Made by a program: the position numbers and the translations under genes
Origin: Candidatus Tayloriibacteriota bacterium
GTDB taxonomy: Bacteria; Patescibacteriota; Minisyncoccia; Phycocordibacterales; SIBU01
NCBI GenBank assembly: GCA_016188455.1
Contig: JACPHR010000018.1
Location: 5,079 to 69,078, forward strand
DNA: 64,000 bases
Reading direction: 5' to 3'
Shown here: piece by piece, positions 1 to 7,610 of the stretch
Layout: every line of letters begins with the position of its first letter
Numbering within the stretch: position 1 is the first letter of the stretch
The notes under the pieces: generated by a model
Database searches by the model: none
Told to the model about the DNA's origin: nothing
Seen by the model: the letters and a program-made list of their open reading frames with translations, nothing else

Positions 1-2
1 GC

Positions 3-219
3 AATGAGGCTTTTAAGGAGGTTTTAGGCCCTTTTAGAGGTGATTTAATGTACGGAAAAGGCGATTCCAAGCTTCTTGCGGGCAAGATTAAGAAGATTAC
101 AGAGCTTTCTGCTGATGACCGCCGAATGTTAGGTGAAGAGCTTCGTGCCATCGTAGTCCGAGACCACAGCCTTCGTTCTTTTGTTTCTAAAATTCTTTTT
201 GCCATCAAATTTTCAAAAT
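3..219 (+). CDS. C-terminal fragment of an unidentified protein (partial at window edge)
   Basis: Open frame from the window start to TGA at 217-219. The stop overlaps the next ATG (ATGA), suggesting translational coupling. No recognisable family. Confidence 0.3.
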
Positions 220-220
220 C

Positions 221-1021
221 ATGAGCAGTCATAAAATTCAATGCACTGTCGGCATTCTGACCCTAAACTCCGGAGCGACGATTAAAGCGGCGCTTGAGTC
301 GGTCACGGATTTTGCCGAAATAATTGTTTGCGACGGCGGTTCAACCGACGAAACTCTCTCTTTGGCGCGGGCCTATGGGACGCGAGTGATTTTTCAGGCG
401 CAGGAGTTTAAAGTAGAAAGAAACAAGATTGCCGATTTCGCCGGCGTGCGCAACCAGATGCTCGCGGCGGCGAGTTACCCGTGGTTTTTTTATCTTGATT
501 CGGACGAGCTGATGACGGCGGCTTTGGCGGCCGAAATGGCGGCGCTTATTTCCTCGGAACACCCCTCCGCCGCTTTTTGGGTGCCGCGAAAATATCAACT
601 TCGAGGCGAGGTTGTTGATTGCGCCGCCACCTATCCCACGAAGCAGGCGCGGTTTTTCCATCGGGACGCCGTGACCGGTTTTATCAAGACCATCCACGAG
701 AGAATTGAGGTGAAAACCGGCATGCCGCTTTTGAGATTGCGGCATTTCATGCTGGTGCCAATTAATGCTGACCCGGCCTTTCATCGCCGCAAGTGGCGCC
801 ATTACATTGAGCTTGAAGCGGTCCGCCGAGGAAGAATTTCTTTTTGGGAGTGGCTCTTGACCTGCGCCGAGAATTTTAAAATCTCGGCTCTTTACGGCTT
901 GCGCTACGTTCGCAATCTCTTTTTTTGCCGAGGCAGGCGCCTGCCGTGGCGGCTCGAATGGGAGCGGCACGCGTATCACGTAAACATTTGCAGGAGATTT
1001 TGGAAACTTGTTGGCAAATAA
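221..1021 (+). CDS. Family 2 glycosyltransferase
   Basis: N-terminal GT-A signature (LTLNSGATIKAALESV...IVCDGGSTDETL; DSDE motif). Confidence 0.7.
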   Translation: MSSHKIQCTVGILTLNSGATIKAALESVTDFAEIIVCDGGSTDETLSLARAYGTRVIFQAQEFKVERNKIADFAGVRNQMLAAASYPWFFYLDSDELMTAALAAEMAALISSEHPSAAFWVPRKYQLRGEVVDCAATYPTKQARFFHRDAVTGFIKTIHERIEVKTGMPLLRLRHFMLVPINADPAFHRRKWRHYIELEAVRRGRISFWEWLLTCAENFKISALYGLRYVRNLFFCRGRRLPWRLEWERHAYHVNICRRFWKLVGK

Positions 1022-1051
1022 TTGAAAGAGTGTTTTTTGAGTATTTTTTTG

Positions 1052-1098
1052 GTATACCCCCACACCAATCTTGTAACAAGATTGGTGTGGGGGTATAC
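1052..1098. repeat. Perfect 47-bp palindrome (23-bp arms)
   Basis: gtatacccccacaccaatcttgt|a|acaagattggtgtgggggtatac read directly. Lies immediately downstream of the GT2 stop; no T-tract follows. Confidence 0.6.
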
Positions 1099-1108
1099 TT
1101 CCGGAATG

Positions 1109-1282
1109 AATCCCGTTAGTCCCGCTTAGAAGTAAGAACTTCTAACGGGATTTGGAGGATACAGTCGTGAGGGACTTGTCCCGTTAGAAAATTAACCAAA
1201 CAATATATTACAACTTTCTGGCCAATCGTCACAAATACTTAAGTTATGTTAAATTTACAAAATTTAATTTTCTGACGGGATG
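1109..1282. repeat. Family-D palindromic element (composite copy), right end abutting ATG of the next gene
   Basis: aatcccgttag...ttagaag / cttctaacgggatt inverted ends. A third copy sits at 1178-1191, and tttctgacgggATG lies at 1270-1282. Confidence 0.4.
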
Positions 1283-2023
1283 AAAAAACCAAAAGTCATT
1301 GTCGCACTGCCCGCCTACAACGCGGCGGCGACCCTTGAAAAAACTGTCGCTGACGTGCCGATGGAGTATGTTTCGGAATTTATTCTGGTTGATGACGTGA
1401 GCAAGGATGAGACATTTTCGGTTGCCAAAAGGCTGAAGTCAAAAATTTCAAAACCGTTTACCATTTACCAGCACGACCAAAATCTTGGCTACGGCGGTAA
1501 TCAAAAAACTTGCTATACTCTCGCGCTCAAGCGCGGCGCCGACATCGTGGTCATGCTCCACCCCGATTACCAATATGACCCTAAGCTTATAAAATATTTC
1601 GTTGAATTTATCCGCGACGGCTATTTTGACGTCGTGCTCGGTTCTCGGGTGCGCAGTCGGAAGGAAACCCTCGCCGGAGGCATGCCGCCGTACAAATATA
1701 TAGCCAATCGTTTGCTCACTTTATGGTACAACATGGTGAGCGGTTACAACTTGTCGGAATGGCATACCGGCATGCGGGCCTATTCAAGAAAGGCGCTTGA
1801 GACGATAGAGTTTGAAAAATTTTCCGACGACTTCGTTTTTGACACGCAAATGCTGTTCGCCATTGTCGGACATTCTTTCCGCGTCGGCGATATCCCGGTG
1901 CCGTGCCGCTATTTCAAAGAGGCCTCTTCCATCAATCTTCGCCGGAGCATTTGCTACGGCCTAGCCGGAGTCTGGGAATCTTTCAAGCACCTCGCCCGCC
2001 GGATTTTTAAGAGAGAAGTTTAG
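1280..2023 (+). CDS. Family 2 glycosyltransferase (Dpm1/polyprenyl-phosphate sugar synthase-like)
   Basis: KVIVALPAYNAAATLEKTV...LVDDVSKDET GT2 signature; about 247 aa soluble GT-A. Confidence 0.7.
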   Translation: MKKPKVIVALPAYNAAATLEKTVADVPMEYVSEFILVDDVSKDETFSVAKRLKSKISKPFTIYQHDQNLGYGGNQKTCYTLALKRGADIVVMLHPDYQYDPKLIKYFVEFIRDGYFDVVLGSRVRSRKETLAGGMPPYKYIANRLLTLWYNMVSGYNLSEWHTGMRAYSRKALETIEFEKFSDDFVFDTQMLFAIVGHSFRVGDIPVPCRYFKEASSINLRRSICYGLAGVWESFKHLARRIFKREV

Positions 2024-2858
2024 TTTTTTCAAGCACCGGTTTCCACTCGGTTTTCAAATAGTCCACCAGCGCCTTTTGCCACGGGCGCATCAGATTTATT
2101 TTTGAAGTCAAAGCTTCATTGGCCACTCGTTTGGCCGGCAATTTAAAATGGCTTGAGCCAACGGGGATGACCGGCACTTTCTGTTTTAGAGTTTCAACGA
2201 TGAGTTTTGCCACGTCACAGCGCGACCCGCGCCCCTTGCCCGCGAGGTGATAAAGACCCCGCGCGTCTTTAGCGATCAGTTTTTTCAGAGCGCCGACCAA
2301 ATCTTTGGCATAGGTGGGCGAGCCCCAGCAATCGTCCAGAGCTTTGATTGCCGGTTTCTGGAACTGGGCGATGATTTTTGCCACGAACTTTTTGTCTTTT
2401 TTCGGCCCGCCGCCGAACATCCAGCAGGCGCGGGCGATAATATAATCCTTGAGCAGGCTTTGGATGACCAGTTCGCCTAAATATTTTGAACGGCCGTAGT
2501 GATTTTGCGGCCGGCCGGGATCGCTTTCCCGATAGAGACCTTTTTTCAGGCCGTCAAAAATGCCCGCCGTGGAGACATAAACCAGTTTGGCGCCGACCGC
2601 TCGGGCGGCGAGTGCCACATTATAAGTGCCGACGCTGTTTACGAGATAGGCTTGAGCCGGATTTTTTTCGCAGTAATCAAGGTCGGTGAGCGCCGCCAGA
2701 TGGATAATGGTTTTTGAGCGGTGGTTTTTGACGGCACTGAGCACCGCTTGGCCGTCGGTCACGTCAAGCTCGGCTCTGTTAAATTTTTTGCCGAAATCAA
2801 TATAAGAGCCGACCATGCCGTCGCCGCCTATGGTTAGGATTTGGGAAAGCGTCTTCAT
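2007..2858 (-). CDS. rmlD: dTDP-4-dehydrorhamnose reductase
   Basis: RmlD-like spacing of GxxGxxG (ILTIGGDGMVGS), YGRSK catalytic motif, STAGIFDG. Adjacent to rmlA/rmlB. Confidence 0.75.
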   Translation of the reverse strand: MKTLSQILTIGGDGMVGSYIDFGKKFNRAELDVTDGQAVLSAVKNHRSKTIIHLAALTDLDYCEKNPAQAYLVNSVGTYNVALAARAVGAKLVYVSTAGIFDGLKKGLYRESDPGRPQNHYGRSKYLGELVIQSLLKDYIIARACWMFGGGPKKDKKFVAKIIAQFQKPAIKALDDCWGSPTYAKDLVGALKKLIAKDARGLYHLAGKGRGSRCDVAKLIVETLKQKVPVIPVGSSHFKLPAKRVANEALTSKINLMRPWQKALVDYLKTEWKPVLEKTKLLS

Positions 2859-3595
2859 GATTTCGGGGCTCTTTGGGCGATGGTGTTGCTGGCCTGAAGC
2901 AGGGAATCAAACATGCCGACGTCAAACCAGAAGCCGGAAACGAATGAGAAACCGAGTTTGCCGCGCTTGAGGTACTCATTATTGGTGTCGGTGACTTCCA
3001 GTTCGCCTCGAGCGGAAGGTTTCAGTTTTTTAATATAAGAAAAGACTTTGGAATCGTATAAATAAAAACCGGTCTGGGCGTATTCGGACTTTGGTTTTTT
3101 CGGTTTTTCTTCTATGGCGAGGAGCTTTTTGCCGCTTTTGTCAAAGACCGCCACGCCGAACCGTTCCGGGTCGGGCACTTTTTTGAAAAACACCATGGCG
3201 CCGGTTTTAAATTCCGAGACGGCTTTGGAAAAGTTATCCTCAAAAATGTTGTCGCCTAAAATCACCGCGACGTTGTTTCGGTCGGCGAAATCTTCGGCAT
3301 ACAGCAGCGCGTCGGAAATGCCGCCGTTATTTTTGTCTTGGAGAGCGTAAGATAGTTTGACGCCGAATTCCTTGCCTGAGCCCAAGAAATTCATAAAGTG
3401 GCCGGCATGCTCCCGACCGCAAACAATCATGATTTCGGTAAGCCCGGAGCGTTTGAGAGTTTCTATGCCGTAAAGAATCATCGGTTTGTCGTAAACCGGC
3501 AAGAGGTGCTTATTGGTGATTTTGGTGAGCGGGTGGAGGCGCGTGCCAAGACCTCCAGCTAGTATTACGCCCTTCATGTTTGATTTATTCGCCAT
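2855..3595 (-). CDS. rmlA: Glucose-1-phosphate thymidylyltransferase
   Basis: MKGVILAGGLGTRLHPLT...LLPVYDKPMI typical RmlA N-terminus. The longer ORF (to 3673) overlaps rmlB; start taken at an internal ATG (3595, or possibly 3577). Confidence 0.8.
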   Translation of the reverse strand: MANKSNMKGVILAGGLGTRLHPLTKITNKHLLPVYDKPMILYGIETLKRSGLTEIMIVCGREHAGHFMNFLGSGKEFGVKLSYALQDKNNGGISDALLYAEDFADRNNVAVILGDNIFEDNFSKAVSEFKTGAMVFFKKVPDPERFGVAVFDKSGKKLLAIEEKPKKPKSEYAQTGFYLYDSKVFSYIKKLKPSARGELEVTDTNNEYLKRGKLGFSFVSGFWFDVGMFDSLLQASNTIAQRAPKS

Positions 3596-3627
3596 ATTTT
3601 TTCTATTTTCTACCTGCCCGACTACAT

Positions 3628-4701
3628 TCAGGCGGGTTTTCCATTTTCTTTTTTTATTTGATGCGCTTTCCATAAATCAATGTGGGGGTTGAAGACGCCG
3701 GTTCGCTTGCGCACCCGGTCTATCCATTTTGGGTTGTCTATATACCACTGCACGGTATCGCTAAAAGCCTTTTCAAAGGAATGGGTCGGCTGCCAGCCAA
3801 GTTCCGCGCGGATTCTTTTCGGATCAATAGCGTAACGGCGGTCGTGCCCTGGCCGGTCTCCCACATATTCTAGCCAACTTTCGTCGCGATTAAAATATTT
3901 TAAAATTCGGCGCGCGATGCCGGTGTTGTCCAGCTCGTTGTTTGCCCCAATATGATACACGCCGCCCGCAGCGCCTTGAAGCAGGCAAAGCTCCAAGGCG
4001 TGGCAGTGGTCCAATACGTAAATCCAATCTCTCACATGCTTGCCGTCGCCGTAAAGCGGCAGTTTTTTGTTTTCAAGCATCCGCGTGACGAAGAAGGGAA
4101 TAATTTTTTCCGGATACTGGTACGGGCCGTAGTTGTTTGAACAGTGGGTGACGACTACGGGCACTTGCCAGGTTGAATGGTAGGCTCGGCAGAGGAGGTC
4201 GCCTCCCGCCTTGGTGGCGGCGTAGGGCACGTTCGGCGCGAAGAGCGTGTATTCGTTAAACTTCTCTTTGGAATCAAGCGACAAGCTTCCATGCACTTCA
4301 TCAGTTGAAATTTGAACGTATTTTATAACCGTGGGGCTTGCTTTAACCGCTTCCAAAATGTTAAAAACCCCCTGAATGTTTGTTTTGATGAACTCAAGCG
4401 CGCCGACATGAATGCTTCGGTCCACGTGGGTTTCGGCGGCGCAGTTTAGGCAATAATCCGGCTGATGTTTTTTGAACGCGGCCGAAATGGTTTTTTCCTC
4501 CGCGATGTCTCCTTTGACGAAAGCATAGCGTTTGTCTCCCGCGATGTCTCCGAGATTGTCAAGGTTGCCGGAGTAGGTGAGCTTGTCCAGATTGACGATT
4601 TTGACGCGCGGGTATTTCCCCAGAATATAATGGATAAAATTGGAGCCGATGAAACCCGCGCCGCCGCAGACGAGGATGGTTTTGTCGTTAAAGGTTGCCA
4701 T
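3628..4701 (-). CDS. rmlB: dTDP-glucose 4,6-dehydratase
   Basis: ILVCGGAGFIGSNF, ...STDEVHG..., YAATKAGGD motifs of RmlB. Confidence 0.85.
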   Translation of the reverse strand: MATFNDKTILVCGGAGFIGSNFIHYILGKYPRVKIVNLDKLTYSGNLDNLGDIAGDKRYAFVKGDIAEEKTISAAFKKHQPDYCLNCAAETHVDRSIHVGALEFIKTNIQGVFNILEAVKASPTVIKYVQISTDEVHGSLSLDSKEKFNEYTLFAPNVPYAATKAGGDLLCRAYHSTWQVPVVVTHCSNNYGPYQYPEKIIPFFVTRMLENKKLPLYGDGKHVRDWIYVLDHCHALELCLLQGAAGGVYHIGANNELDNTGIARRILKYFNRDESWLEYVGDRPGHDRRYAIDPKRIRAELGWQPTHSFEKAFSDTVQWYIDNPKWIDRVRKRTGVFNPHIDLWKAHQIKKENGKPA

Positions 4702-4771
4702 AGGATAGCTATTATACAGGGCTTCATCATGTCATTTTCAATCTCAAAAATCAAGAAAGCCTTGTTTGAAA

Positions 4772-5066
4772 TGAATTACGAAACTCCCTGAGGCACCTCT
4801 CCGAAAGGGGTGAGACGTGCAGGGAGCACGTCGCAAGACCTTGAGTACTCCGTCTTCGGAGAGCGAAAGGTGTACAGTTCCTGTAGGGAATAGGAGCGGC
4901 CGGCGCCGCAACTTCAGCCCAGCACCATTTTTACCGAATAAATGACGATTGACTTGTTTGGGTTCTAAGAGTAAAAACTTTTTTAATGAATTACAGATTG
5001 CTCTGTGAAAATGGTGCTGGGCGTACCCTTCCCCACAGGTGCCGAGGGAAGGAGTTTCATAATTCA
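4772..5066. mobile_element. Family-A palindromic MITE-like element, long variant with a nested family-C element (4918-5021)
   Basis: Ends tgaattacgaaactcc / ggagtttcataattca. The inner inverted repeat is cccagcaccattttt...aaaatggtgctggg; further nested stems are present. Confidence 0.5.
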
Positions 5067-5109
5067 AATAGCATTGCGCTAGGGGATTTTTTTATCTATC
5101 ATTACCGCT

Positions 5110-6570
5110 ATGTCGTTTCTTAAAATAGGTTCGGAGCGGCTAAAAAATTTTACCCGAGTTCATTGGCACTGGCTTGTTTTAGGAGCGGTTCTGTGCGCCG
5201 TGGTTATTTGGTCGTCCGGAACGCTTTTGACCAAACCGAAGCTTTGGATTGATGAAGCCATGACCATAAACACCGCCAGGAGTTTTATGACGCACGGAGT
5301 GCTTAGCCCGGAAACCGCGCCCAATACTTTTTTTCAGTTTCCTCATCTTGTGCAATCCACCGGTTACCCGCTGACCCTAACCCTGGCGGGCTTCTTTAAA
5401 GTTTTCGGTTACGGTTTCTATCAGGCCAGGATTTTGATGCTCCTCTGGATAGTTGCAGCCTTGTCCTTAGTTTTTTTTCTGGCCAAGAAATTATTTTCCC
5501 GGGAGCAGGCCTGTTGGAGCCTGCTCCTTATCTCGAGCTTCGCCTCGTTTTACGCCAATGGCCGCACGGCGGTGGGGGAGATACCGGGGTTTGCGTTTTT
5601 ATTGGCCGGATTCTACTTTATGCTTGTTCGGCGGCGGTACTTTTGGGCGGGCATTTTTTGGGGACTCTCGGTGGTAACCAAGCCGTCGGTTTTCGGACTC
5701 GTTATACCGGCGATTTTTCTAACTTTTCTTTTAGAACGGTCCGGTTTTTTCCGGAAAATCGTCCCTCTAGCTTTAGGCATGATGCCGGCGGCCGTAGTTT
5801 GGATATTGCTCTTGGTGCCGCGGCCTTTTAACGGAGAAACATGGCTGAGCATCGCCCATTTTTACAAAAACCCCTACAGCTCGTCCATTGCCGGCAATGT
5901 CATTCGCAACCTCTCGGGCGTTTTTCATTCAACCACCCTTATTTATTTCGGCTTATTTTTCTTGCTTGTTTTGGGCGCGCGCTTGCTTCTGAAAGAAACC
6001 AGACTTAGCAGCCTCTATACCTTTACGCTTGTTTATAGTTTGTTGGCTTTTGTCTATTACCTGCGCAGTCCGGGCTGGCTTAGGTATATTTTGATTGCCG
6101 AGCTTTTAATCCTTTTTATTCTGCCGCCTGTTATCGGCGCCCTGACGGCCTATGCCAAAGAGCGTCTAAAGAAAGTTTCAATGAACGCCAATACGTTTGC
6201 CAACTTCATTTTGGGATTTTTGGTCATAGTCCAAATCGCGCAAATGTTCACTATAGCTAAAATTTTTGCCGGCGATAACGCCCTGCGAACCGCCGTTTAT
6301 CTGGAGAAGAATTTTCCCGACAGCGCCATCGGCCTGCTCAACGCTCCGGAGCTCGCCATTCTCCTCAATCCCTCCCGGGTTTTTTTGGCCGTTTATCTGA
6401 CCGGCTTGCCCATTATCGGCGAGAATCCTCTGTTGCTCTCAAAGCCGCCGGCGGTCATCGTCTCTCCCACGGGCAACCCTTTCGCGGCTGAAGGCCGGAA
6501 AATTCTCTATGAGCGCTACGGGTCGTCCTCGGTTGCCGGCGGTTACGGCATCTATAAGCGGTCGCGGTAA
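5110..6570 (+). CDS. GT-C fold membrane glycosyltransferase (PMT/ArnT-like, GT39/GT83-type)
   Basis: About 12 predicted TM segments. First-loop DE motif (LWIDEAMTINTARSF) resembles PMT/ArnT families. Confidence 0.5.
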   Translation: MSFLKIGSERLKNFTRVHWHWLVLGAVLCAVVIWSSGTLLTKPKLWIDEAMTINTARSFMTHGVLSPETAPNTFFQFPHLVQSTGYPLTLTLAGFFKVFGYGFYQARILMLLWIVAALSLVFFLAKKLFSREQACWSLLLISSFASFYANGRTAVGEIPGFAFLLAGFYFMLVRRRYFWAGIFWGLSVVTKPSVFGLVIPAIFLTFLLERSGFFRKIVPLALGMMPAAVVWILLLVPRPFNGETWLSIAHFYKNPYSSSIAGNVIRNLSGVFHSTTLIYFGLFFLLVLGARLLLKETRLSSLYTFTLVYSLLAFVYYLRSPGWLRYILIAELLILFILPPVIGALTAYAKERLKKVSMNANTFANFILGFLVIVQIAQMFTIAKIFAGDNALRTAVYLEKNFPDSAIGLLNAPELAILLNPSRVFLAVYLTGLPIIGENPLLLSKPPAVIVSPTGNPFAAEGRKILYERYGSSSVAGGYGIYKRSR

Positions 6571-6612
6571 AACGGAAACCTATCACCTTTTACCCGGGGA
6601 GAAAATCAAAAT

Positions 6613-6879
6613 ATGAAAAAGAAAAATAAAATGCGAATAAAATACGACCCTGACGCTGATGTGCTAAGCGCGTCGCGGGGCGAAATAAAAGACATTGACC
6701 ACGCGGAGGAAATGGGCGACATCATTCTCCATGTGAACCGAAAAGATGAGCCGGTGCTCGTTGAGGTGCTTAATGCTTCAAAAATCTTTCTGCGCCCCAT
6801 ACTCGGAGCTCTAAAATCTGACGCATCACCGCGCCGCGGCCGTGCCCGCTCCACCCCGCGCAAATTGGTTACCGCATAA
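6613..6879 (+). CDS. DUF2283 family small protein
   Basis: MRIKYDPDADVLSASRGE...ILHVNRKDEPVLVEVLNAS matches the DUF2283 pattern (YDxEADxL). Confidence 0.45.
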   Translation: MKKKNKMRIKYDPDADVLSASRGEIKDIDHAEEMGDIILHVNRKDEPVLVEVLNASKIFLRPILGALKSDASPRRGRARSTPRKLVTA

Positions 6880-6951
6880 TCTTTTTTTCTTTCCTCCTAA
6901 AACAAACCTTGCGGTTCCTTTAAGCGAAGTACATCGGGGCGGCTTTTGGTG

Positions 6952-7212
6952 TCACCTATAAATCTCGTGGTCGCCGACGGCAAGCAAAACAACCTCGTTT
7001 TTTGAAACATAATTGAACACAATCCTGATTTTATAATTAACTGAAAAACCATACCGGTCTTGGAGAGGTCCGTGCAATTTATGCACCTTAAGCTGTCGGT
7101 GACTCCGCGGGTTTTTAAGTAACTCAATTTTCTCCAACACTTCATTTTGCAACACCTCTTCAAGATTATTGAATTGTCGTATGAACGTCGCCTTGTAGGC
7201 TATTTTAATCAT
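6952..7212 (-). CDS. RelE/ParE-family type II toxin
   Basis: 86-aa protein with a C-terminal ...KIRIVFNYVSKNEVVLLAVGDHEIY motif typical of RelE/ParE mRNA-interferase toxins. Overlaps the upstream antitoxin by 4 bp. Confidence 0.55.
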   Translation of the reverse strand: MIKIAYKATFIRQFNNLEEVLQNEVLEKIELLKNPRSHRQLKVHKLHGPLQDRYGFSVNYKIRIVFNYVSKNEVVLLAVGDHEIYR

Positions 7213-7424
7213 TTCGTTCGCAGTTTCCGCGCCAGCACTTTTAAGTCTCCTCTCAAAATTGGCTCCCGCTCCGCCCGAAGCACCGCTTGCACCGCTTCTT
7301 CTTCCGAAAGAAGTTTCAAAGCAGTTCGAACTACCGCGGCCTTGTTTGGTGAGCGGCCGCTCTTTACCTGCCGATTGATGAATTCTTCAAGATGCGCCGG
7401 CAATGGTACCGAGAGTGTAGTCAT
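7209..7424 (-). CDS. Ribbon-helix-helix antitoxin (ParD/CopG-like)
   Basis: Start refined to MTTLSVPLPAHLEEFINRQVKSGRSPNKAAVVRTALKLL (RHH fold). Paired with the downstream toxin; direct TGATAAT repeats lie upstream (7431-7452). Confidence 0.5.
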   Translation of the reverse strand: MTTLSVPLPAHLEEFINRQVKSGRSPNKAAVVRTALKLLSEEEAVQAVLRAEREPILRGDLKVLARKLRTK

Positions 7425-7610
7425 AAATGTATGATAATCTAATATGATAATATCATATACCCTCGGCTTTTCCTTGTCAAATAAATCTCGGTGATTTATT
7501 TGACCCTGAGGCTTTGTCGAATGGGTCAAGAGGCGCGGGCTAAAACAGCCTCGCCGTCCGGCCGAGGCATAGGTGGAATTGGCAGAGAGCGACAAAACTG
7601 CTCGGTAGAA

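Noticed and set aside
341-1063. 240-aa minus-strand ORF fully overlapping the GT2 gene at 221-1021 (and similar antisense ORFs at 2247-2480, 3114-3350, 15049-15480, 19323-19814, 33279-33604, 47494-47907, 51168-51896, 58685-59104)
   Set aside because: These lie inside well-supported genes on the opposite strand, have no recognisable motifs, and have Arg/Pro/Gly-rich compositions typical of antisense frames in GC-moderate DNA.
4744-5067. 107-aa ORF beginning MNYETPSLG... (and similar MNYET/LNYET ORFs at 9881-10072 and 40727-40939)
   Set aside because: These ORFs are translations of the family-A repeat element itself (NYET = AATTACGAAACT) and recur wherever the element occurs. They are not genuine genes.
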